This document shows positions 30,134 through 39,300 of a stretch of 64,000 nt of DNA, piece after piece. Under the pieces are notes generated by a model. It was not told where the DNA came from. It searched no databases and saw only the letters and a program-made list of their open reading frames with translations. The position numbers and the translations under genes were made by a program. This DNA is from a phage: the sequence record PZ452583.1; one strand, 5' to 3'. Numbering within the stretch: the stretch's first letter is position 1; each line of letters opens with the position of its first letter.

Positions 30134-30976
30134 TTAATCAACTGCTATTGGATGAATAGCATTAAACTTATGAAATGCTTCTGATTTTTCTTTACGTGAA
30201 ACGCACATGCGAAGAACCTTTAATGGTTCGTCTTCTTCACCCAACGATTTTCGTTTTTCAATATTAGAAGTTTTCCAACGAGCTTGCTCTGGAAACTCTC
30301 TATTAATCTGCTCAAGCGCTCTATTATGTTTAGAATTACTACGAATTGAACTGCACCCGCCAGGAGCTTGTGCTTTTCCAGATACAACTAGATATTTGAA
30401 CAAGGCCAAATGCGGATAACCTTGATTAATTAAATTGAGAAATGCATACATATCTTCGCATAAATCAATTTTTCCATACCCAATTTGTTCTGTCGTAAGT
30501 TTTCCGAGGTCATACCATGTATTCGTGAATCCATATGAATTTTCACGATAATTACCCCAAGATGAAGTAATTTTAAAAATAGGTAGACGAGCATGGCCAT
30601 GATAATACCCGCAATCCATGGCATCCTCAACATATTGAATCAATTCATAGAACTGTTCACGAGTCAATTGATTGACTTTATCTACGCAACGACGATCATC
30701 TCTTTTTCGCATTGAACTCATACGAATAGTAGTATCATCGTCAATCATCCAGATTCGTTGACCTGCATACATATCGGTAATTGCTTTACGAGTACCGGCA
30801 ATTCCGTTTACATCATCAGGAATAGTTATAATTTTAGCTCTAGACCCATAAGCGTCATGATAAGCTTTTTCTTCATGTTCACGCACTACAATATGCGGTT
30901 CATAATCAGTCGGAAACATATCAAGGGCAGAAACTGCCCTGACACGCTGATAACTTGGAATTACGAATTGAATCAT
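30134..30976 (-). CDS. GT-A fold glycosyltransferase in the beta-gt slot (candidate beta-glucosyl-HMC-alpha-glucosyltransferase)
   Basis: DxD motif (IWMIDDDTTI) and GT2-like N-terminus (FVIPSYQR); ATG 30974-30976 overlaps gene 42 stop; not T4 beta-gt-like. Confidence 0.65.
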   Translation of the reverse strand: MIQFVIPSYQRVRAVSALDMFPTDYEPHIVVREHEEKAYHDAYGSRAKIITIPDDVNGIAGTRKAITDMYAGQRIWMIDDDTTIRMSSMRKRDDRRCVDKVNQLTREQFYELIQYVEDAMDCGYYHGHARLPIFKITSSWGNYRENSYGFTNTWYDLGKLTTEQIGYGKIDLCEDMYAFLNLINQGYPHLALFKYLVVSGKAQAPGGCSSIRSNSKHNRALEQINREFPEQARWKTSNIEKRKSLGEEDEPLKVLRMCVSRKEKSEAFHKFNAIHPIAVD

Positions 30977-31713
30977 TTCCACTCACCTTTATAGTCTTTT
31001 TTCACAATATGAGTTTCGCCAGTATTCCACCAATGATCAACCAAGTAAAAATGACGAGAATATACATGAAGACTTCCGACATTCCATATAATAGAACCTG
31101 CTTTATACTGACGAGTTGAATCGCCGGCATTCAAATCAGATACTAATTTATCTAATACGTATTTTTGCCATGCATAATCATTACGGAATCCGAAGACCAC
31201 GTCATTTGAGCGCATGCTTACTACTGCATTGACTTTCTTATCACGAATCAGGTACTGTACTGTATTAGTACACATGAAATCTGACATACCATCTTTATTG
31301 TAGTCAAATTGCATGGATGGACGAGTATAAATCATGATACCACGTCGAGAATCAGGATTTTGACCAAGTTCAGCTAAACACATATCATACTGGGCATAGT
31401 TATCTTCTGACCAAATAGCCCAACCATAATTCGAGTTAATTTCGCCTTTAGAAGATGCTACCTGCTGCCAAATCTTTGGTGTTTCACCTGGAATATCTTT
31501 AACAAACAAGCTCTTAGATTTATACCATTCAAGTTCACGTTGAATGTATTCATCATTAAGAGCGCCAAAAATAAACGGTTCATCTGCTACAAATGATGCG
31601 CCAATAATTTCAATAGTTTTAACACCAGTTTTATCAACTACGAAATCTTTTTCTTTTAATGCAAGCCCCAAATGAAGACGGATTTCTTCAACTGTCATAG
31701 AGTCACTAATCAT
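30973..31713 (-). CDS. 42: gp42 dCMP hydroxymethylase
   Basis: 246 aa; sequence recognisably T4 gp42. Confidence 0.95.
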   Translation of the reverse strand: MISDSMTVEEIRLHLGLALKEKDFVVDKTGVKTIEIIGASFVADEPFIFGALNDEYIQRELEWYKSKSLFVKDIPGETPKIWQQVASSKGEINSNYGWAIWSEDNYAQYDMCLAELGQNPDSRRGIMIYTRPSMQFDYNKDGMSDFMCTNTVQYLIRDKKVNAVVSMRSNDVVFGFRNDYAWQKYVLDKLVSDLNAGDSTRQYKAGSIIWNVGSLHVYSRHFYLVDHWWNTGETHIVKKDYKGEWK

Positions 31714-31866
31714 TTAAACCTCAATTGATACATTCATATTTAACTTGTAACAGTAATAAACCCCAACCTAAAATAATAGTTGGAATCATAAGAGGAACCG
31801 TTACACTATAGTATATACTTATTATAATCATCAAGATTAAAAGCAACACTGTTATAATTTTGCTTT

Positions 31867-32088
31867 TCATTCCTTCTCTCTGATGATAATTACCTGATTT
31901 GGTTGTGCAGACTTTTTAGTTTCACCCGCAATTGACCAAATAAATGTAATAAACCAACCAATAATTGACCAGTTAAACAGTAAAGATGTGAAAAAGATTC
32001 CTACTGTCGATTTTGACCCACGCATCAAGGCGATAAACCATGGAAGCATGTATATAATAATAGCCAACACGCCTGAAACTAAAACCAT
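31867..32088 (-). CDS. imm: Imm-position membrane protein (superinfection immunity)
   Basis: 73 aa, two hydrophobic segments; between 42 and 43 as T4 imm; start not confirmed by SD. Confidence 0.55.
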   Translation of the reverse strand: MVLVSGVLAIIIYMLPWFIALMRGSKSTVGIFFTSLLFNWSIIGWFITFIWSIAGETKKSAQPNQVIIIREKE

Positions 32089-32125
32089 AAAAATTGAACC
32101 TGCTACTAAAGTTTCCGTGTTTTCC

Positions 32126-32506
32126 TCACTTAGTCAAATTTTTTACGCATGAATTATAAGAATTCACTACATACTCCATCGGAGCATTTTTACCAGTACG
32201 CCATTGGTAATTATTAGCCCAATTAGCCCAAAGCTCGGCGCAGTAGTTTTCAATTTTTTCTTCGCGTGTAATTACATCCGAATTACGATATGCTTGAGCA
32301 GATTCATCTGGACGAATAGCTTCGTCAAAATTCGCCTGCATTTGTTCGACTGTTTGCTTTGGAGCTTCTTTATAACACTTGACATTAGGATTATAAAACT
32401 TGCTTGAACAGTTTACAATTTTTCCTACATCAGACTGATTTACTACCGGTCCTTGAGCCACACAACCAGTAAGACCTAATGCAATAACCAAAATAGCGAT
32501 TTTCAT
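32126..32506 (-). CDS. putative lipoprotein (126 aa)
   Basis: signal peptide with lipobox LTGC; SD GAGGAAAT. Confidence 0.5.
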   Translation of the reverse strand: MKIAILVIALGLTGCVAQGPVVNQSDVGKIVNCSSKFYNPNVKCYKEAPKQTVEQMQANFDEAIRPDESAQAYRNSDVITREEKIENYCAELWANWANNYQWRTGKNAPMEYVVNSYNSCVKNLTK

Positions 32507-32518
32507 AATAATTTCCTC

Positions 32519-32770
32519 TTAAAACTTAACAAATAACTTTAAAGCATCTTCAGTTTTAATTCCTTTTCTTACACCCATAACAGAAATTGGCTGTGACTGA
32601 AATTTTCCTTTACCATTATAAATTTCTAATCCAGTAACCATTCCATTTTGTTCTATAATACCGTAAGTGTTACCTTCATTTTCAAATTCTTTAACTTTAA
32701 AGAGTTTATTAGCTTTTTCTGCGTTAACAACTTTTAAATTTTGAATAAAATTAGTTTGAATATTTTTCAT
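32519..32770 (-). CDS. hypothetical protein (83 aa)
   Basis: start MKNIQTNFIQ... after SD GGAGGAA; ORF-track extension is translated leader. Confidence 0.5.
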   Translation of the reverse strand: MKNIQTNFIQNLKVVNAEKANKLFKVKEFENEGNTYGIIEQNGMVTGLEIYNGKGKFQSQPISVMGVRKGIKTEDALKLFVKF

Positions 32771-32798
32771 TTTGTGTTCCTCCGTAGTTGATAGTTGT

Positions 32799-32828
32799 AT
32801 AGTACCATGGAAGAACAGTCTTGTAAAC
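32799..32828 (-). promoter_or_regulatory. early promoter plus conserved leader
   Basis: GTTTAC (+32823-32828), 18-nt spacer ending TGG, TACTAT (+32799-32804). Confidence 0.55.
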
Positions 32829-32916
32829 AGTTTTGTGAAAAAATTTTTAATGAATTCAAAGGGTCCAGAATCATCTATTTTTCCTAAGTATAGATTTATA
32901 TTACTTGTATGAAAAA

Positions 32917-32932
32917 GGGACCCGGAGGTCCC
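32917..32932 (-). terminator. terminator hairpin after gene 43
   Basis: GGGACC-UCCG-GGUCCC stem-loop followed by U-run on minus strand. Confidence 0.55.
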
Positions 32933-32945
32933 TAGATTTATTCTA

Positions 32946-35642
32946 TCAGCCAAACAGGAAGTCTAACGAAGCTTTTTCTTCATAGTCCATACCAGCCGAT
33001 TCACACATGCCTGCAAGCGGTTTAACAAACGATTTTTGGAACAAAGTTGAGTAGTCAATCCAAGACAGTACGTCAGAACGAATTTCTTTTGGAAGTTCTG
33101 TGCCCGACGGCCAAGCAATGCACTTGTCACCAAATGGATTTCCTTCACGCAATGGAAGAACCATTACTTTATTTCCATCCAAAATTGGAGCTACACCTAA
33201 ACCGCTAACAGCTCGACGATAAGTTAGCACCCCACGAATATGGAACGGGCATTTAAATCCTGGCCAACCTTTATCATCATATTTCGCTATATCGTTCGCA
33301 GTTTTTACTTCAGCAATAACTTTATAGTCAAGTTGACGATATTCTTTCTCGAAGTTCTTGTAATATTCTTGGACAGACTCTTCACCTTCCTGAAGAATAC
33401 GACGAATACTTTCTTCGAGAGCTTCTTGGACCGCTTTAGGCGTTGAACTCTGCTGAGTTTCCATACCCATGATTTTTAGATGCGGTTCAGCAAATCGCTT
33501 ATCTTCCATATCATAAACGTTCAGAGCATAACGCTTTTTCGCTTTCCAAAATCCACCGACGCCCTTTGAACCAAGTGGAGGGCAAGAAATAGCTTCACGG
33601 TCCATATGCATCAGATGCTCGCGGTTATTCATATAATCACATAACTCACGATATGCAACATCAATCATAGGTTCCATCTTTTTCTTACCGAACTGATTCA
33701 TAAATTCAACCAAATCGTTCTGCTCTTTGAATCGGTCAAGACCAACTTTTTCAATAACTTTATCTACACAAACATATACCGAATCAGTATCACCTGCTGC
33801 AATGAAATCTTCGCCATTAGTTCCGCATACTTTATTCAGATATTCATTAATTTTACGAGCAATCCACTGAATACCAACTTGGCCGAAAATTGTGATAGCA
33901 GTAGCATTTCGCAAATCATAGTAGCGGAAATGAATATTACCAAGAGCACCGTAAAGGCTGTTAATAAGAATTTTACGGTTCAGCTGATTTGTATTAGCAA
34001 GTGTAGCTGCTTTTTCACATTCTTCAATCAAACTATTGAGAACAGATTCAGTATAATTCGATAGTTCATTTAAGAAATCATCACTGAACTTAACATATCG
34101 TTCAACTTCAGGTTTAGTTGAACAAGACCCTGCGCCTTTCATAATAATCTTTTTAATAGCTTCGGCATTCATTTCTTCAGCGAACATTTTCTTTTTCCAG
34201 TCTTTACGCTGGAAAAATACTTTAGCGATTTCCTTTGGAATGATACCTTCTTGATGCTTATCGTACATCCATCCATTCGGAGAACAAGAATATTCATCAC
34301 TCGGTTTAGGAGCTGTTCCTGTGATATATTCATGAATTGGATGAACTTTAAACTGACCACGAATAGTCTCAGGACTAATGTTAACCTGACGAATAATGCT
34401 CGGATACAGAGACGTCAAGTCAAAACTCATAATATATCGACGAGCAATTGGTTTAGGTTCAAACACAAATGCACCCGGAAAACTCTGTTTAACATGCGAA
34501 CCTTGTTGAGGAATAACCTTATGTTCACCTTTCAATGAGTTAAAAATAATGGCATCCCAGGTTTTAATAGGACTCATTACACCAGAAAAAGGCATTTTAG
34601 CGTAATAAGACATACTTAAAACTAGATCGATAAACCCGCGAATTTTATCAATTGCTTGAACTGATTCTACGTCAATGATGTTATAACTAATGTATCGTTG
34701 ATGATTAGTCTCACGAAGTTTATTAATAGGACCGTCGTATGGTAATTTACCTTTTTTGGTTTCATGCTGAGCAACTGATTCCAAAGAGAATGACGGCAAA
34801 TTAGTAAATGCGAATTTCTTATACAAATCTAAATAATCAAGAATAGATACGCCATCAATAGAATAAATTTCTTTGCTACCGTACATATTTTGGATAAGTT
34901 TAGATTTTACTCGACCGATTGGAGAGAAGCGTTTCATACTACGTTCACCGAGAACCATTTTAACGCGATTCATGATATACGGAACGTCAAATCCCTCAAT
35001 ATTCCAACCAGTAAAAATAGCAGGTCGTTTCTGTTCCCAAAGATTAATATATTCCATGAGCATATCACGCTCATTATCGAATGGCATATAAATTACTCGG
35101 TCAAGAATTTCTTGAGGAACTTCATCACCACCTTCACAGTCAAGCTTAGCAGCTAACTTTGCATCCCATTTTGATACTGAACCGTACATTGAATTCAAAA
35201 GGTCGAAAACATAAAAACGATCATCAATTGAATCGTAATGAGTGATAGCATCAATTTCATATTCAGCTTTCATTGGGTCAGGAAATTTATCACCAGTAAC
35301 CTCAATGTCACAGTTAGCTACACGAACAAATTTTCGGTCATAAACAATTTCTGAACCGTATGTATCACTGATATAAGCGAGTTTAAAATCGTTCATACCG
35401 AGAGCTTCGAGACCGATGTCTTCCATTCGTTTCATCCAATCTCGAGCATCTTTCATTGATGGAAATTTTTGAGGAGCGCAGTTTTTACCATAGATGTCTT
35501 TGTACTTTGACTCTTCCTTACAATGCCTAAACATAGTTGGAAGATATTCTACTTCACGAGTACGTTCATTTCCATTTTCATCAATATAACGCTCAACAAT
35601 GTTATTTCCGACTGTTTCAATAGAGATATAAAATTCTTTCAT
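32946..35642 (-). CDS. 43: gp43 DNA polymerase
   Basis: 898 aa as T4 gp43; family B polymerase motifs (DxxSLYPS, YGDTDS). Confidence 0.96.
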   Translation of the reverse strand: MKEFYISIETVGNNIVERYIDENGNERTREVEYLPTMFRHCKEESKYKDIYGKNCAPQKFPSMKDARDWMKRMEDIGLEALGMNDFKLAYISDTYGSEIVYDRKFVRVANCDIEVTGDKFPDPMKAEYEIDAITHYDSIDDRFYVFDLLNSMYGSVSKWDAKLAAKLDCEGGDEVPQEILDRVIYMPFDNERDMLMEYINLWEQKRPAIFTGWNIEGFDVPYIMNRVKMVLGERSMKRFSPIGRVKSKLIQNMYGSKEIYSIDGVSILDYLDLYKKFAFTNLPSFSLESVAQHETKKGKLPYDGPINKLRETNHQRYISYNIIDVESVQAIDKIRGFIDLVLSMSYYAKMPFSGVMSPIKTWDAIIFNSLKGEHKVIPQQGSHVKQSFPGAFVFEPKPIARRYIMSFDLTSLYPSIIRQVNISPETIRGQFKVHPIHEYITGTAPKPSDEYSCSPNGWMYDKHQEGIIPKEIAKVFFQRKDWKKKMFAEEMNAEAIKKIIMKGAGSCSTKPEVERYVKFSDDFLNELSNYTESVLNSLIEECEKAATLANTNQLNRKILINSLYGALGNIHFRYYDLRNATAITIFGQVGIQWIARKINEYLNKVCGTNGEDFIAAGDTDSVYVCVDKVIEKVGLDRFKEQNDLVEFMNQFGKKKMEPMIDVAYRELCDYMNNREHLMHMDREAISCPPLGSKGVGGFWKAKKRYALNVYDMEDKRFAEPHLKIMGMETQQSSTPKAVQEALEESIRRILQEGEESVQEYYKNFEKEYRQLDYKVIAEVKTANDIAKYDDKGWPGFKCPFHIRGVLTYRRAVSGLGVAPILDGNKVMVLPLREGNPFGDKCIAWPSGTELPKEIRSDVLSWIDYSTLFQKSFVKPLAGMCESAGMDYEEKASLDFLFG

Positions 35643-35700
35643 AGATATTCCTTAGTTTATAGCCCGAGTTATTAGGCTCTTGATATATTATACTCCAAAT

Positions 35701-35718
35701 AAGGGGCCGAAGCCCCTT
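35701..35718 (-). terminator. GGGGC-UUCG-GCCCC hairpin upstream of gene 43
   Basis: 7-bp stem with UUCG loop between upstream ORF stop and the gene 43 leader; a TATAAT follows on the minus strand. Confidence 0.45.
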
Positions 35719-35722
35719 TGCT

Positions 35723-35959
35723 TTAAATTTCTATTGTACGACGCGATATAACGGACTTGCCATCTGTATTTGTGGTTTTGATAATCGCATGAAATGCGCG
35801 TTGGCGTGGGTAAACTAATCGTTGGAATTCTTTTTGGAATTCTATTTGTTTATCTTCCGGGAGGTCAAAAACCAGTTGGGTAGAAGACAGACCATATGTT
35901 TGTTTTAGATTTTCGAATATTAGAAAAGCTTCGGTAAACTGAATCTCTGATTGTGTCAT
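35723..35959 (-). CDS. hypothetical protein (about 78 aa) between regA and 43
   Basis: ATG 35957-35959 with SD AAGGT; track start lies inside regA. Confidence 0.4.
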   Translation of the reverse strand: MTQSEIQFTEAFLIFENLKQTYGLSSTQLVFDLPEDKQIEFQKEFQRLVYPRQRAFHAIIKTTNTDGKSVISRRTIEI

Positions 35960-35969
35960 ATAATTTACC

Positions 35970-36338
35970 TTAATTACCAATCGTATATTTAGGAACGAGT
36001 TTCCATTCATGTTTTTGTTTAAAAGAAATAACTCGGAAGTTATTAGTTAAATCTTTCATAAAAGTTCTTTGACCAGGAACGATTTCAATCAATCCCCAAT
36101 CTTCTAACAACCATGCAATCGAATCACGACGAACTTCATCTTCTTCTGTCATTTCAACTTGACGACCATCCATACGAAGCATTTCTTTAAAATGAACGAT
36201 ATAGTATAGTCCTTTTTTCTGAAGAATATGACAGGACTGATACAGAACTTTATCTTTATTATTAGCAATTCCCATACGAGTCAAAGTTTCTTTTACTTTC
36301 AGAAAATCTTCAGGTTTTTTAAGAGTAATTTCAATCAT
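35970..36338 (-). CDS. regA: RegA translational repressor
   Basis: 122 aa; sequence recognisably T4 RegA. Confidence 0.9.
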   Translation of the reverse strand: MIEITLKKPEDFLKVKETLTRMGIANNKDKVLYQSCHILQKKGLYYIVHFKEMLRMDGRQVEMTEEDEVRRDSIAWLLEDWGLIEIVPGQRTFMKDLTNNFRVISFKQKHEWKLVPKYTIGN

Positions 36339-36339
36339 T

Positions 36340-36903
36340 TTACCATTCCAATGCTAGTTTTTTGAGTTGTTTCTGTTCTTTTACGTTCTTAGTCACTTCT
36401 TTCAAAAAATCATCCGTGACTAAACCTTTTAGTTCTTTTAATACTAAAGGAAGTTTTCCATTTTTAGTAAGAATTGATTTATAGTTAATTGCATCATTTG
36501 TATTAACTTGATACCGCTTAGCAATTAACTTAATAATCAATACTTCGGTGGAATCTTCAACTAGTTTTGCCCATTTACCATATCTTTTACCACGAGGAAC
36601 TGCAGCCATTAGATAATTAAAATGAGCTTCATCACTTAAGCCTGATCCAATTAAATTCATAGCATATACAGCTGGCATGCACTCTGGAAATTGTGATAAT
36701 GCATTTTCAACCATGAATTTTGAATAATCTTTTTGAGCAATAGAGCATTTAGTTTTATTATTAATAGCTCCAATTATTTCAAAAAATTCATTTTCAGCTT
36801 TTTCTTTAAAAGTATCAGCAGCAGATTGGACAGCTGTCCAATCTTTAGAATACCAAGCAACTTGATGCTCGTTTAATTGAATATCATCTTCAAATAAGCT
36901 CAT
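36340..36903 (-). CDS. 62: gp62 clamp-loader subunit
   Basis: 187 aa as T4 gp62; 62-44-45 operon synteny. Confidence 0.85.
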   Translation of the reverse strand: MSLFEDDIQLNEHQVAWYSKDWTAVQSAADTFKEKAENEFFEIIGAINNKTKCSIAQKDYSKFMVENALSQFPECMPAVYAMNLIGSGLSDEAHFNYLMAAVPRGKRYGKWAKLVEDSTEVLIIKLIAKRYQVNTNDAINYKSILTKNGKLPLVLKELKGLVTDDFLKEVTKNVKEQKQLKKLALEW

Positions 36904-36904
36904 A

Positions 36905-37864
36905 TCACTTCCACTGCATTTCGCATGCTAATTGAATGAAAAGATAAGCTAGATGCAATTCAGTATTAGCTGCAATACCATGATACTGATTATTTTCGCC
37001 GACAATTTCGTACATACGAATAATACTTTGTGGAGTTACACGTGAATAGATTTCTTCGGCAAGTTTACCCACGAACCACGAATAATCGGCTGCATATTTT
37101 GGTGCTAAAGCTCTGAGTTGTTTAACATCTTTATTTTTGAGAGACTCAAGAACATCATCAATAGCACCACGATCGTTAGTAACCAGTGATAAAATACCAG
37201 CATCCAAAACACCTTTAGATGAATAACTATCGAGCTCGCCAATAGTTTTACGAAAATCAGGAAAATTCTTTTTAACCAAAGCTGCTACAACTTTCATATC
37301 AGCTATAGCAATACCTTCATGTTTACAGATTTCAGTCAATCGACGAATCATCTGCTTCATCATTTCAATTTTATCTTCATCGGTCGGTTGACCGAACGTA
37401 ATAACTCGGCAGCGTGACTGAAGTGGTTTAATAATACCATCAATATTGTTAGCAGTAATAATAATACTACAGTTTGAACTATAAGCTTCCATAAAGGAAC
37501 GAAGATGTCGCTGAGATTCTGCTAAACCTGAACGGTCAAATTCATCAATAACGATTACTTTTTGACGACCATCAAATGAAGCGGCGCTGGCAAAATTAGT
37601 CAAAGGACCACGAACGAAATCAATTTTACAATCTGAACCATTCACAAACATCATATCAGCATTTACATCATGACACAATGCTTTTGCTACAGTTGTTTTA
37701 CCTGTTCCTGGAGAAGGAGAATGAAGAATAATATGTGGAATCTTACCTTTACTTGTAATAGATTTAAAGGTTTCTTTATCAAAGGCGGGAAGAATACATT
37801 CATCGATAGTAGATGGACGATATTTCTGTTCAAGAATGTGTTCTTTTTCATTTACGGTAATCAT
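36905..37864 (-). CDS. 44: gp44 clamp-loader ATPase
   Basis: 319 aa from ATG 37862-37864 (SD GAGGAA); Walker [11 protein letters not shown]; SRC motif. Confidence 0.9.
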
Positions 37865-37898
37865 AATTTCCTCATTCAAGTTTTAGTGTAAATTATAA

Positions 37899-37912
37899 AG
37901 GGCCGAAGCCCT
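37899..37912 (-). terminator. tetraloop hairpin between 45 and 44
   Basis: AGGGC-UUCG-GCCCU on minus strand, A/U-rich flank. Confidence 0.45.
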
Positions 37913-37915
37913 CTA

Positions 37916-38602
37916 TTAAAAATCGTGGGTAGAATCAGCTTCAAGAGCTACTACATAATTCGCATGTTCACCTTCAAATTTAGCAGCACCTTGTTTACCT
38001 TTTGCCCAGAGCAGAAGTTTATAATTTCCTGGTTGCATTTTCATATTTGCCATATTGATAATGAAATTAAATGTATTTTCACCATCATAATCACCAAGAG
38101 TCAAAGAATATTTAACACGGGTCAGAGCAGAATCTTCTACTTTATTAAAACCGTTAATTACGATTTTACCTTCTTTTACCGTGATAGCAATTGTATCAAT
38201 TTGCAGACCACGAGATACACGCAACAGTTGTTGAAGGTCTTCAGCTTTAATTTCAGTAACAACAGATGCTACCGGGAATGGAATTGGTTTATTAGGAGCA
38301 ACTACTGTACTCGGATCGGCTGCTGGCCAAAAAATTGTTGAACGGGCATCAGCAATTTTAATATTTCCATCTTCTGACTGGGAAATTTCTGCATCATCAT
38401 TAACTAGAGACAGAATACCAAGAAAACCGTTTAAATCGTAAATTGCTACATCAAAATCAATAACGTCAGAAATATTTGCTTCCGCATAAGTTGTACCATT
38501 AACTGCGCGAGTCATAATAAATTGACCGGATTTAAGCATAATACCGGAGTTAATAGTAGCGAAATTTTTAAGCAGAGCAGTAGTATCTTTAGACAGTTTC
38601 AT
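37916..38602 (-). CDS. 45: gp45 sliding clamp
   Basis: 228 aa as T4 gp45; upstream MotA-box promoter. Confidence 0.85.
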   Translation of the reverse strand: MKLSKDTTALLKNFATINSGIMLKSGQFIMTRAVNGTTYAEANISDVIDFDVAIYDLNGFLGILSLVNDDAEISQSEDGNIKIADARSTIFWPAADPSTVVAPNKPIPFPVASVVTEIKAEDLQQLLRVSRGLQIDTIAITVKEGKIVINGFNKVEDSALTRVKYSLTLGDYDGENTFNFIINMANMKMQPGNYKLLLWAKGKQGAAKFEGEHANYVVALEADSTHDF

Positions 38603-38631
38603 GTAATTTCCTTCAATTCAAATGAGATTTA

Positions 38632-38658
38632 ATTTTATAACTAATTTAATAAAGCAAT
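38632..38658 (-). promoter_or_regulatory. middle (MotA-dependent) promoter upstream of gene 45
   Basis: MotA box TTGCTTTA, 12 nt, then TAAAAT on minus strand; gene 45 has a middle promoter in T4. Confidence 0.6.
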
Positions 38659-39047
38659 TAACGATTAAAATCAGCCGCAATTGTTTCCGCAACAATTTGA
38701 GCAGCAACAATTAGACGTTCATCTGCATTACCACAATAATCATCTTCAAGGCGTTCACCACATGAAGTCATAATAAATTTAGCACCGGCGTTTAGGGATT
38801 CTGTAGTATGTTTGCGCATTAGTTCAATCCATTTATTACTTACTTCACGATCGATAGCTTCATAATACGCATGACGAGCAGGTGCAGATTTAATTTTGTT
38901 CTGAATAACTTCCATTGCGTTATCAGAAAGAGACAAAACCCATGCGCGACGAATTTTATTTTGGTTTTGCGGATTTGAGTCAGAACGCACGTGTTTTGGC
39001 TGAATATCTTTTACATCAACAGTATAATTCACAGTAATTTTAGTCAT
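38658..39047 (-). CDS. rpbA: RpbA, RNA polymerase-binding protein
   Basis: 129 aa as T4 RpbA; between 46 and 45. Confidence 0.6.
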   Translation of the reverse strand: MTKITVNYTVDVKDIQPKHVRSDSNPQNQNKIRRAWVLSLSDNAMEVIQNKIKSAPARHAYYEAIDREVSNKWIELMRKHTTESLNAGAKFIMTSCGERLEDDYCGNADERLIVAAQIVAETIAADFNR

Positions 39048-39056
39048 AATACACCT

Positions 39057-39245
39057 TTAGTCATAATAATCAGTAACAGTCCAAGCTTCATTTCTATTGG
39101 ACATTATTTTTGTATATTCTGCTTTAAATGCATTCCTAAGCATAGATTCAGTAACTATATGCTCTTCATTAGAAAAATTATTTCTCAGAATATATCGTTT
39201 TATTTCAGGAAAAGTTAATAAATGCTGTCCAGTTGAATATTCCAT
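39057..39245 (-). CDS. hypothetical protein (62 aa)
   Basis: ATG 39243-39245 with SD GGAGGAAAAA. Confidence 0.5.
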   Translation of the reverse strand: MEYSTGQHLLTFPEIKRYILRNNFSNEEHIVTESMLRNAFKAEYTKIMSNRNEAWTVTDYYD

Positions 39246-39300
39246 GTTTTTCCTCCATAGAGATTATACTCTAATAAATTAAAGCATAATCTCTTATAAA

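Noticed and set aside
32963-34360. Minus-strand ORFs of 61 and 63 aa
   Set aside because: Alternative frames inside the DNA polymerase gene.
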